From an uncultured Lachnospiraceae bacterium (GTDB lineage Bacteria > Bacillota > Clostridia > Lachnospirales > Lachnospiraceae): DNA of 64,000 nucleotides. Of this stretch, positions 26,803 to 34,895 are shown one piece after another (positions within the stretch are counted from its first letter, which is position 1; every line of letters starts with the position of its first letter). Where the stretch lies: NCBI GenBank assembly GCA_947628705.1, contig CANRAZ010000002.1:1128-65127 (forward strand). The letters are read 5' to 3'. The notes under the pieces are model-generated. The model saw only the letters and a program-made list of their open reading frames with translations. It was not told the origin of the DNA and ran no database searches. A program made the position numbers and the translations under genes.

Positions 26803-27795
26803 TCACGGCTTTGAAATAATAATCTTACCGTCCTTAACCTCAAGCTTAACCCGATTTCCTGTAATTCCTATTTCCTCCAGAGCCTCTCTCGGGAGCTGCA
26901 GCCGTCCGACCCTGTCAAGAATTACATATTCCTCGTGACTAATACCGCCGTCTGCTCCGTATGCTCCTTCTGCTCCTTTTTCCGTCTCGTCCTCTGCAAA
27001 TGCCGCCGTTCCAACAGCCGTGTCCTGCCTGATTACCCTTTCACTGCTTGTTTTGCCGTCACGTATCATAATGACACGGTTGACCTTCTGTGCAAGGTTT
27101 ACGTCGTGCGTAACGATGACTATCGTCGTGCCGAGCTCTGTGTTGAGCTTTCTGAAAACCTCAAGGATCTGATCCGAGGTTCTCTGGTCAACGGAACCCG
27201 TAGGCTCATCGGCAAGCAGAAGCTTTGGATTGTTTGCAAGCGCGATTGCAATTGCAATTCTCTGCTGCTCGCCTCCTGACAGCTGATTGAGCTTTGAATT
27301 GATCCTGTGACCCATTCCGACCATTTCAAGCAGCGACAGCGCACGTTTACGCTTATCCTCCTTATTATTTGTAAAAAGCATAGGGAGCATTACATTTTCA
27401 ATTGCGGTCAGATAAGGGAAAAGGTTTCTGGCATTGTTCTGCCAGACAAAACCTACCGTCTCCTGTTTATACTGTACATATTCCTTTTCATTCAGCTTAA
27501 AAAGATCCTTGCCGTCAACATAAAGCTTTCCGGCTGACGGTCTGTCGAGACCGCCGATCATGTTAAGAAATGTAGACTTGCCTGAACCGGAGCTGCCAAT
27601 AATGGCAATAAACTCTCCTTTTTTTACAGAAAGCTCAAGTCCCTGAAGAGCAAGGACTTCCGTGTCCTTCGTTTTATAAATCTTAACCAGATTTTCGCAA
27701 AGTATCATCACGTCATCGGTAAGGAAATCTTCAAGCTCCTTATCAGTCGACGCCGTATAGGCAGACGTAAAAGCATTTGCACCTTCATCACTCAT
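26803..27795 (-). CDS. MacB/LolD-type ABC ATPase with a C-terminal SpoVT/AbrB-like domain
   Basis: Walker A GSSGSGKST, signature LSGGEQQR, Walker B LLLADEPTG, H-loop VTHD. The C-terminus YVILDRVGRLQLPREALEEIGITGNRVKLEVKDGKIIISKP resembles the AbrB N-domain. The ATG at 27793-27795 has GGAGGTG 8 nt upstream and overlaps the upstream stop. Confidence 0.9.
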   Translation of the reverse strand: MSDEGANAFTSAYTASTDKELEDFLTDDVMILCENLVKIYKTKDTEVLALQGLELSVKKGEFIAIIGSSGSGKSTFLNMIGGLDRPSAGKLYVDGKDLFKLNEKEYVQYKQETVGFVWQNNARNLFPYLTAIENVMLPMLFTNNKEDKRKRALSLLEMVGMGHRINSKLNQLSGGEQQRIAIAIALANNPKLLLADEPTGSVDQRTSDQILEVFRKLNTELGTTIVIVTHDVNLAQKVNRVIMIRDGKTSSERVIRQDTAVGTAAFAEDETEKGAEGAYGADGGISHEEYVILDRVGRLQLPREALEEIGITGNRVKLEVKDGKIIISKP

Positions 27796-28693
27796 TGCCT
27801 TCACCTCCGTTCAAGCCCTTCCGGGCGGATTCCGCACTTTCCTTAGAAGCTACATATGCAGGCTCTGTGCCTTCCTCAGAAGCCTCATGTGCAGGCTTTG
27901 TGCTTTCATCTGAAGCCTCATGCGCAGGCTCTTCGCTTTCCTTGGAAGCCTCTCCTTCCGTCTCCGGCTGTATATCAATATTTATATCGTAAGCTGCCGT
28001 TTCGCCGGTCAAATTGTTTTTATAGGACAGAATCTGTCCGTCAAGGATTTCATAAACCACGTCGCCGTATTCCATCATTTTCGGGTCATGCGTGGTCATT
28101 ACAATCGTAATGCCTTCCTTTGCTATCAGCTCCTTAAAGAGAGTGATTACCTTAAGGCTTGTGTAGGAATCAAGCTCGCCCGTCGGCTCATCCGCAAAGA
28201 TTACCTTCGGCTTATGGGCTATTGCTCTTGCAATTGCAACTCTTTGCTGTTCACCGCCCGACAGTTCCTCTGGCATATGCGAAGCTCTTTTTGTAAGATT
28301 AACCATGGCAAGACATTCCTTGACCCTCTCGTCTCTGTCGCCCTCGTAGCCCGAAATTCTAAGAGAATATTCTACATTCTGGTATGCGCTCATTACCGGT
28401 ATAAGCGCGACAGACTGAAATATGAAGCCAATCTCATTTCTTCTTATCTTTTCAAGCTGCTTTTCAGTGTAGTCGGTTATGTCAACGCCGTCAAAAACAA
28501 GCGTGCCGTCCGTCTGCTTGTCAAGGCAGCCGATAATATTGAGTAGCGTCGTTTTACCTGAACCCGACCTGCCCTTTAAGATCGTAAGAGAATTTTTAGG
28601 AACCGCAATATCAATTCCTTTAAGGGCATAAAAGTCATTTCCGGCAATTTTAAAACATCTTTTTATTCCTTCTGCTTTTATAATTTCACTCAT
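27788..28693 (-). CDS. MacB/LolD-type ABC ATPase with an acidic repeat tail
   Basis: Walker A GRSGSGKTT, LSGGEQQRVAIARA, IFADEPTG, TTHD. The C-terminal tail consists of 11-aa repeats (EASKESEEPAH / EASDESTKPAH / EASEEGTEPAY / VASKESAESAR). Confidence 0.9.
   Translation of the reverse strand: MSEIIKAEGIKRCFKIAGNDFYALKGIDIAVPKNSLTILKGRSGSGKTTLLNIIGCLDKQTDGTLVFDGVDITDYTEKQLEKIRRNEIGFIFQSVALIPVMSAYQNVEYSLRISGYEGDRDERVKECLAMVNLTKRASHMPEELSGGEQQRVAIARAIAHKPKVIFADEPTGELDSYTSLKVITLFKELIAKEGITIVMTTHDPKMMEYGDVVYEILDGQILSYKNNLTGETAAYDINIDIQPETEGEASKESEEPAHEASDESTKPAHEASEEGTEPAYVASKESAESARKGLNGGEGNE
27812..27960 (-). repeat. 33-bp tandem repeat, about 4 units, coding
   Basis: Plus-strand units lie at 27845-27877, 27878-27910 and 27911-27943, with degenerate flanking units. 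All are in frame. Confidence 0.85.
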
Positions 28694-28705
28694 ATCGCTA
28701 CCTCA

Positions 28706-31552
28706 CTAATCCTCTCCAAGCTTAAGAGCCTGCGCTATCTTCATTCTTGACAGCAGCCTGCCGATTACGGCAAAGCAGATCACAAGCATCAGAGCCACGC
28801 ACACGCCAAGCCCAAGCATATCCCTTGCCGACGTAATTACAATTGTGTCAAGCGTGGAGTGCTTTGGCGAGTATGCAAGCTGAATCAAAGGAACAAACAT
28901 ATGTGCTGAAAGGATTCCGGCAAGGACACCGTAAATAATCGGTATGACCGAACCGAACAGATGCTCGTAAACTAGCATCTGAATTATTTCCTTCATTGAA
29001 AGTCCCATCGCTCTGTAAATGCCGAAAAGCAGTTCTCTTGACTTTATGGAGGTTACCCAGTAAATAAGGAAGCCGATAAGGCTGAGCACCAAAATAACCA
29101 GAAATGCGAGCGTCAGCATTCCGCTTGTTACCTGGAAGAAAGGCTGCTCCTTCATCTCGTCCGTCTCGTAAACGGAATCCTTAAAGGTGGTATAGACAAG
29201 ATTGTTCTTTTCAGCAAAATCATAGAAAAATTCCGTGCCGTCCTTTGCGTCGATCCAAATCTGATAAGGCTCCGGACTGGAAAAAGTACTGTAGGTTCTG
29301 TGGGCGGTATCATAGTTTGCAACTACAAGATAATTATCCGTGTAGGTCTCCTTTCCGTCCTTGCCCTCGGACAAAACAGAGTCCTCATAGCCCGGCCATG
29401 CGTCAACAATGGCAACTACGGTGAGATTAAATACCGGCTTGTTAGTGCCGATAATCTGGTCGGTTCTCTGCAGATTGAACGTGTCCCCAACCTTAAGCCC
29501 TGCAACCTCGGCGTAATTTCTGGAAATAATTGCGCCATAAGGCTCTTTTGCAAGCGCATTAAGGTAATAATACCAGTGAAATTTAGTAACGCCCTCCGGC
29601 ATATACGCAATCTTGCCGAATTCATCAGTAACCACAGCCATAAAGAGCGTGCAATCCTTTTTTATTTCATTTCCTATTTTTACTCCTGCCTTATCATCGT
29701 AAATAACCTTAGTAATTCCGTTTGTCTTGTCTCTTATCTGGTTGTAAACTGTAAAATCAGGCTCGTAATACACAAGCTCCGTTTCATTTGACATTCCGCT
29801 GAAAAGTATGTCGCTGTTGTTTTCCCATTCCTGCATTAAAACAAGGTCGGCGCCGTTTTCATAATTAAGCCTTCTTTCCTCATTGTCATTAATCGAACGC
29901 GCCGTCGTGGCGTTAAAAATACCCAACGCAAGAGTGAGAACAAGGAATACGATAATAAAGCTTTGCTTCCTGATATTTTTATTTATCTGCATGAAAGCGG
30001 CGAAGGTGGCAGGCTTCCATTTCCTTGCTCCAATTTTATATATAAGAGTCGTCAACAGAGGTATTATCCTCAGGAATATAAGCGCAATCGACAAAATAAA
30101 AATTGTAGAGCTGAAATAAAGCATCGGGTCTATCGTGCTGCCCTCCGTGATATTGCTTATTATCACTTCCCTCTGCTTTTCGTAGGAATAAAAACCGTAA
30201 AGAGAAACCGCCAGCAGGATAAAGTCAAGATATACCATCTGCCAAAGAGGCTTTTTGTGTTTCTTCTTGTTTGCTTTTTGCTCAACGATAGAGAAATTCG
30301 CATACTTGAATACCGGAATAGTCATAAATATGATCGAAGCGGCAGTTGCAGCCAGTGCAAACAGTATCGACGTAAACGTTATCTTAACTTCAATAGTGGT
30401 CAGGACGGAAAATTCAAGGAATGACCTTGTGGCTCCGAACAGCGTACAGAACAGATAACCGAGAGGGATTCCTAAAATCAAAGCCGCAAAGGAAATGATC
30501 CCGCTCTGCAAAAAATATGCTGAAATGAGCTGGCGTTTGCTTACGCCCCTGCTTTTAAGCATTGCAATTTCGCTCTGTTCAATGGAAATAATCTGGTTGG
30601 AAACCATAAATATGAAAACACAGAGCAGAATAATAACGGGAGTCTGGAAAACCCACATTGTTACGTTTGTCTTATTTGTTCCGCTTCTGTAGCTGAGGAA
30701 AGGCTCCTCGTAAGGAAACTCATAAGAGTAAAGACCTGTTTTTTTGCAATCCTCTCTGATTTTATTATCAGAAATAATAAAATCGTTGATCTCGTCCATT
30801 TTGATCGACCTGTAATCGAAAACGGCATAATGGTCGCAGAAAACCGTGAACGGCATTTTGCCCTCAATAAAAAGCCTGTCAAAATTTTCAGGGGAAATAA
30901 AAAGGTTTGCGTTATAGCTTAACGGATCGTTCACCCAATAAAGATCATTCTTTTCCGCCGCGGTAAAAACTCCGGCAACAACAAAGGTCTGGCTGAATCC
31001 CGGAATTTTCAGCTCGTCGCCGATAATAAGGCTGGAATTGATCATCATGTTTTCATTAATGATACATTCAATCCTGTCTGAACTCCCGTCATTACCGTAC
31101 ATGCTGCCAAACACGATTTTTGCATGATCCTCAATACCGTACATTGAATTTACGGCAAGCGAAATCTTTGAAGAAATGACGTCAGATCTGACATCGACCC
31201 TTTCCGCATCAATTTCAGAGGTGGAAAGTATCGTTAATTTTTCCACTGCTTCGTGCTTAAACTGCGAAGCAAGGGATTCGGCGCCCGTTTTGTAGTCTGG
31301 GAACATATCGGTACCCAGATTATACTTGTCTTTGCTTGTCTGTGAAAAATGACCGCTGACAATAGCCATTGAAGGATAGCGGTTATTATCAATCAGACTC
31401 TGTTCAAGCTCATCAGTAAGAGTTTTCTGCAGCGCCGCATGAGTATACATAGGATTGCATGCAGCAATCGCAATAAGAAGCAACGCTCCGGCAAAGAGAC
31501 AGGACACAAGCCATTTTTTATTCATTATCTTTTGCCATATAAATCTAAACAT
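28706..31552 (-). CDS. fused double FtsX-domain ABC permease (948 aa)
   Basis: Two repeats of TM, about 250-aa extracytoplasmic domain, then FtsX helices (..AMLKSRGVSKRQL.. and ..YRAMGLSMKEII..). RBS GGAGAGG. Confidence 0.88.
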   Translation of the reverse strand: MFRFIWQKIMNKKWLVSCLFAGALLLIAIAACNPMYTHAALQKTLTDELEQSLIDNNRYPSMAIVSGHFSQTSKDKYNLGTDMFPDYKTGAESLASQFKHEAVEKLTILSTSEIDAERVDVRSDVISSKISLAVNSMYGIEDHAKIVFGSMYGNDGSSDRIECIINENMMINSSLIIGDELKIPGFSQTFVVAGVFTAAEKNDLYWVNDPLSYNANLFISPENFDRLFIEGKMPFTVFCDHYAVFDYRSIKMDEINDFIISDNKIREDCKKTGLYSYEFPYEEPFLSYRSGTNKTNVTMWVFQTPVIILLCVFIFMVSNQIISIEQSEIAMLKSRGVSKRQLISAYFLQSGIISFAALILGIPLGYLFCTLFGATRSFLEFSVLTTIEVKITFTSILFALAATAASIIFMTIPVFKYANFSIVEQKANKKKHKKPLWQMVYLDFILLAVSLYGFYSYEKQREVIISNITEGSTIDPMLYFSSTIFILSIALIFLRIIPLLTTLIYKIGARKWKPATFAAFMQINKNIRKQSFIIVFLVLTLALGIFNATTARSINDNEERRLNYENGADLVLMQEWENNSDILFSGMSNETELVYYEPDFTVYNQIRDKTNGITKVIYDDKAGVKIGNEIKKDCTLFMAVVTDEFGKIAYMPEGVTKFHWYYYLNALAKEPYGAIISRNYAEVAGLKVGDTFNLQRTDQIIGTNKPVFNLTVVAIVDAWPGYEDSVLSEGKDGKETYTDNYLVVANYDTAHRTYSTFSSPEPYQIWIDAKDGTEFFYDFAEKNNLVYTTFKDSVYETDEMKEQPFFQVTSGMLTLAFLVILVLSLIGFLIYWVTSIKSRELLFGIYRAMGLSMKEIIQMLVYEHLFGSVIPIIYGVLAGILSAHMFVPLIQLAYSPKHSTLDTIVITSARDMLGLGVCVALMLVICFAVIGRLLSRMKIAQALKLGED

Positions 31553-31570
31553 CTATCCTCTCTCCTCTCC

Positions 31571-33715
31571 TTATCTCTTTATGCAGACGTCGCCTGCTTC
31601 AAGACCTGCAGTTATCCAACTGACGTTTTCCGCATTAGTTGCATCGGTTGCGACCTGAACATACCTTGTAATTACATTATCTCCTGACTGAAGCAGAACG
31701 TATTTTTTATTTGTTGCGGTTTCATTAAAGATAAATGACGAATCCAGCAGCAAAACATTATCCGCCTCTATATCGACAGCCTCTACGGATAAATAAACCG
31801 GGTCTATTTTAGAGATATCCTCCTGATTGGAAAGCCTGACTCCAATAAGACCCCATTTACTGTAAGGCATTACATTCTTTGAAGATACTACCAATGCGTC
31901 GCTCTCGGTTGCAGTCCCTGAAACGCCTGACTTCAAAGTAACCTTATTGCCAAAATTCAGAAAGACATCATTCAGGTCCTCTTGGTCCGCCGGCTGTTCT
32001 TCCCCGGAATCGCTGTCGTCAACTGCCATGGCGTTTTCATTAACAAAAAACATCGCCGTATCTGATAAAGCAATAACCGCATAGTTAAAATTCTTTTCAA
32101 TGCCTGTTCCGTCAATTATTGTTGTAGAAGCATTAAAAAAGCCTGTTGCCGGCGCATTAACGGTAAACGCTCCGTTTTCCTTACAGTAGTCATATACGGT
32201 AATGACTTCGTTAACGTCCTCCGCCTGCTCTTTCAAATCATTTATTACATTCTCTTTTTCCTGTTTCAAATCCTCAAGCTCATATTCTGCTGCCTTCTTA
32301 TCTCCAACCTTTGATGTTGTGTCAACGGTATTTTGCTTGGACGTAATAAGGTCGTCATAATAATCAGTCTGTGTGGACACGGATTCCAAAAGCTCCTCGT
32401 GCTGCGAAACCAGCTCCTCATATTCTTCCTCGCTGATATCCGGAACAACGGATAATATCGGCGTTCCCTCTTCCACATAAATACCGGACGTTTTCGGTAT
32501 AAACACTTCCGAAACCACAGCATCATAATTAAACATTAAATTCGTCTGCTCTGCGGAGCGGAGGCTAACCGCTTCAAACTTGGCTTCATGCTTATAATTG
32601 CTTATATAGGCTTCCGCTGTCGACATTTCCTTGTTCCATGAAGAAGCATCTTCAGCGAAGTACACCTGATCTCCCTCTTCAAGCCCTGATTTTATCTCGG
32701 TATAGTAATCGCTTGACATGCCTACCATGACTTCCGCCTTCTCGTTGCCGCCGTTTTCGGAAGCGACAAGGCAGTAGTAGGACTCTCCGCCATTTTCCGT
32801 TTTCAGTGCGGAATTCGGCACATAGAGAACATTATCAACTGTTTTGGAAACCGTTTTTATCACGCAGGTAGTACCAAAAGCGACGTCCTCCGGAAGACCT
32901 TCAACAACTGCTCTTGAGTACGGCTTCTCGCCTTGGTTTTCGAGTATGTACAGCTCGTCGCTTGAATATGTCAGAAATGAGACGTCCGTGTAATCCACCC
33001 CGTCGATCTGTACGGTAATCGACTCAAGACCGTCAAAAAAGGTACTTGGATTATAGTCGAATTTAACTATTTTCTGGCTTGTGTCAGCTATTACAAACGC
33101 AATATCGCCGACATCTACATAAGAACCGTTTTCAATGTTGTTCATGTAAACGACGGTGCCGTCAAACGGCGCGGTCAGCACGGATTTTTCCAATGCCTCC
33201 TGTGCAGCGTCGTACTGCGACTGCAAAACAGCCTCCTGACTGGCTCTTTCCGAATTAAAAGAATTATTTTCAAGCTCCTTTTCCTTAATGGAAAGCTCAT
33301 AGAGGTCTCTTTCAAAACCGGACATGCCGCCGGCGGAGGCTTTCATCTCCGCAAGCTCGGCATCATGCTGCTGCTTATACAGTTCCGTAAGCGTCTTGTA
33401 TCTTGTAAGCTCCTTTTCTTTGTTTGCAAGATTTTCCTCCGCCAGCTTATCTATTCTGTATATAACGTCTCCTGCCTTAACCTCATCTCCCGGTAAAACA
33501 GGCACGTCATAAATACTGCCGCCGTAGCCAAACGTCACTGTTTCCGTGGCAGGCGCAAGAGTTCCAACAAAAATTTTTTCATCAGAAACCGTTCCTCTTT
33601 CCACAGTAAAGTAAAGCTCAACCGTTCTTGCCGGCTCAAGCAGCTCCGGAATATCGGAACCGCAGCCTGTCAAAAACAGCACTGCCACTAAAAGAACAGA
33701 AAAAATTTTTTTCAT
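31571..33715 (-). CDS. lipoprotein with two tandem membrane-fusion-protein (HlyD/MacA-like) modules (714 aa)
   Basis: Lipobox LFLTGCGS. Each half has a lipoyl-like segment, a long coiled coil, an 'APxxG' segment (LTAPFDGTV; VNAPATGFF) and a terminal G-L-x-x-G-D (SGLEEGDQV; AGLEAGDVC). Confidence 0.85.
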   Translation of the reverse strand: MKKIFSVLLVAVLFLTGCGSDIPELLEPARTVELYFTVERGTVSDEKIFVGTLAPATETVTFGYGGSIYDVPVLPGDEVKAGDVIYRIDKLAEENLANKEKELTRYKTLTELYKQQHDAELAEMKASAGGMSGFERDLYELSIKEKELENNSFNSERASQEAVLQSQYDAAQEALEKSVLTAPFDGTVVYMNNIENGSYVDVGDIAFVIADTSQKIVKFDYNPSTFFDGLESITVQIDGVDYTDVSFLTYSSDELYILENQGEKPYSRAVVEGLPEDVAFGTTCVIKTVSKTVDNVLYVPNSALKTENGGESYYCLVASENGGNEKAEVMVGMSSDYYTEIKSGLEEGDQVYFAEDASSWNKEMSTAEAYISNYKHEAKFEAVSLRSAEQTNLMFNYDAVVSEVFIPKTSGIYVEEGTPILSVVPDISEEEYEELVSQHEELLESVSTQTDYYDDLITSKQNTVDTTSKVGDKKAAEYELEDLKQEKENVINDLKEQAEDVNEVITVYDYCKENGAFTVNAPATGFFNASTTIIDGTGIEKNFNYAVIALSDTAMFFVNENAMAVDDSDSGEEQPADQEDLNDVFLNFGNKVTLKSGVSGTATESDALVVSSKNVMPYSKWGLIGVRLSNQEDISKIDPVYLSVEAVDIEADNVLLLDSSFIFNETATNKKYVLLQSGDNVITRYVQVATDATNAENVSWITAGLEAGDVCIKR

Positions 33716-33743
33716 TTCTTACCTCCTCTTAATTAAGGAAAAG

Positions 33744-34868
33744 CTATCTGACTATCTTATCTCCCGGTTTAAGTCCGCTTTTGACCTCGACCGTATCACT
33801 TCCTACTACTCCGACTTCAATTTCCTGAATAAACCGCGAGCCGTCCTCTCCAACCATATAAACCATATTCTTATCGCCTGAGGTAATAAGAGCCTCCGCC
33901 GGAATCACGGTCACGTTTTCAACCCTGCTGAGTGGAATGACAATGCGGGAATAATTCAGACTTAGACCCTCCGTCTGCGGAAAATCGTCCTTAACTTCAA
34001 ATTTTATCTGATAAGCGTCTGAATTTTCGTTGACAGGCTCTATTGATTCGCATACTACTGTGTAGCTGCCGTACACCGTCTGAGTTGAGTGGCCCATATT
34101 TCCCTCGCTGTCCTCGACTATTTCATTGATCTTGCCTGAATATTCAACAGAATACTCCTCGCCGACGTCAAAATACCCGGTCTTATCGGTTGTAGCGGTA
34201 ACATAAAGATTACTCTGCGATACCGTTGCCACCGGCAGACCCTTCATGTAAGAGCCTCCCATCTCGGCGAGATAGGTTACGACGCCGTCAAAAGGAGCAT
34301 ATATGCGGCAGGCATCTAAATTAGCCTGTGCCTCTTCAAGCTGTTTTTTTACGACCTCCAACGCCTTTTTGTTGTTATCAAGTTCAACATTATAGCTTGA
34401 CAGGACATCGCTTTCATATGTCAGTCCATAATTGGCATATACAGTCTTCTTTTCATCTTCAATGTCGATTAATCCCGAATAATAATCTATATGAGCTAAA
34501 TAGCTGTCATACGCCTTTTGATACTCGTTAACAGTGTTCCGAAGCTCATCGCTTTTTGCCTCGAGAAGCAAATCTCCCTTTTTAACCTCTGCTCCAACCT
34601 CGGTATATACCTTTTCGACAACAAAATCTCCGTATTCAAAGAACATCTGCTCTGCGTCACTGTAATTAACCGTAACATTAAGCAGGAAATCATCCTCTGC
34701 GTCTCCGGTAACTACAGTGTAGGTCGTCATGGAAACCTCGTCCGCGCTTTGGGCAATAGGAGCGACCCTATTTTCTTCTCTTACAGGCAGCAGGCTGCAG
34801 CCTGAACCCATTGCGAGCGCGGCACAAAGCGTAAAAGCCAAAATAACCTTTCTGCGATTTCCTTTCAT
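33744..34868 (-). CDS. membrane-fusion (HlyD/MacA-like) lipoprotein (374 aa)
   Basis: Lipobox MGSGCS. Also GAEVKKGDLLLE, a coiled coil, IYAPFDGVV and a terminal SGLKPGDKIV. RBS AAGGAGG. Confidence 0.85.
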   Translation of the reverse strand: MKGNRRKVILAFTLCAALAMGSGCSLLPVREENRVAPIAQSADEVSMTTYTVVTGDAEDDFLLNVTVNYSDAEQMFFEYGDFVVEKVYTEVGAEVKKGDLLLEAKSDELRNTVNEYQKAYDSYLAHIDYYSGLIDIEDEKKTVYANYGLTYESDVLSSYNVELDNNKKALEVVKKQLEEAQANLDACRIYAPFDGVVTYLAEMGGSYMKGLPVATVSQSNLYVTATTDKTGYFDVGEEYSVEYSGKINEIVEDSEGNMGHSTQTVYGSYTVVCESIEPVNENSDAYQIKFEVKDDFPQTEGLSLNYSRIVIPLSRVENVTVIPAEALITSGDKNMVYMVGEDGSRFIQEIEVGVVGSDTVEVKSGLKPGDKIVR

Positions 34869-34895
34869 TGTAACCTCCTTAAATCTGCGGCAGGA

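Noticed and set aside
26581-26814. 77-aa plus-strand ORF in the convergent pyrI/ABC spacer
   Set aside because: It has no RBS and an Arg/Leu/Pro-rich product. It spans the terminator-like hairpins and runs into the end of the ABC ATPase gene.
27777-28546. Plus-strand ORFs 27777-27992, 27856-28110 and 27920-28546, including a repetitive SSEASCAG peptide
   Set aside because: They are antisense to the ABC ATPase gene. The peptide repeat is simply the mirror image of the 33-bp coding repeat on the minus strand.
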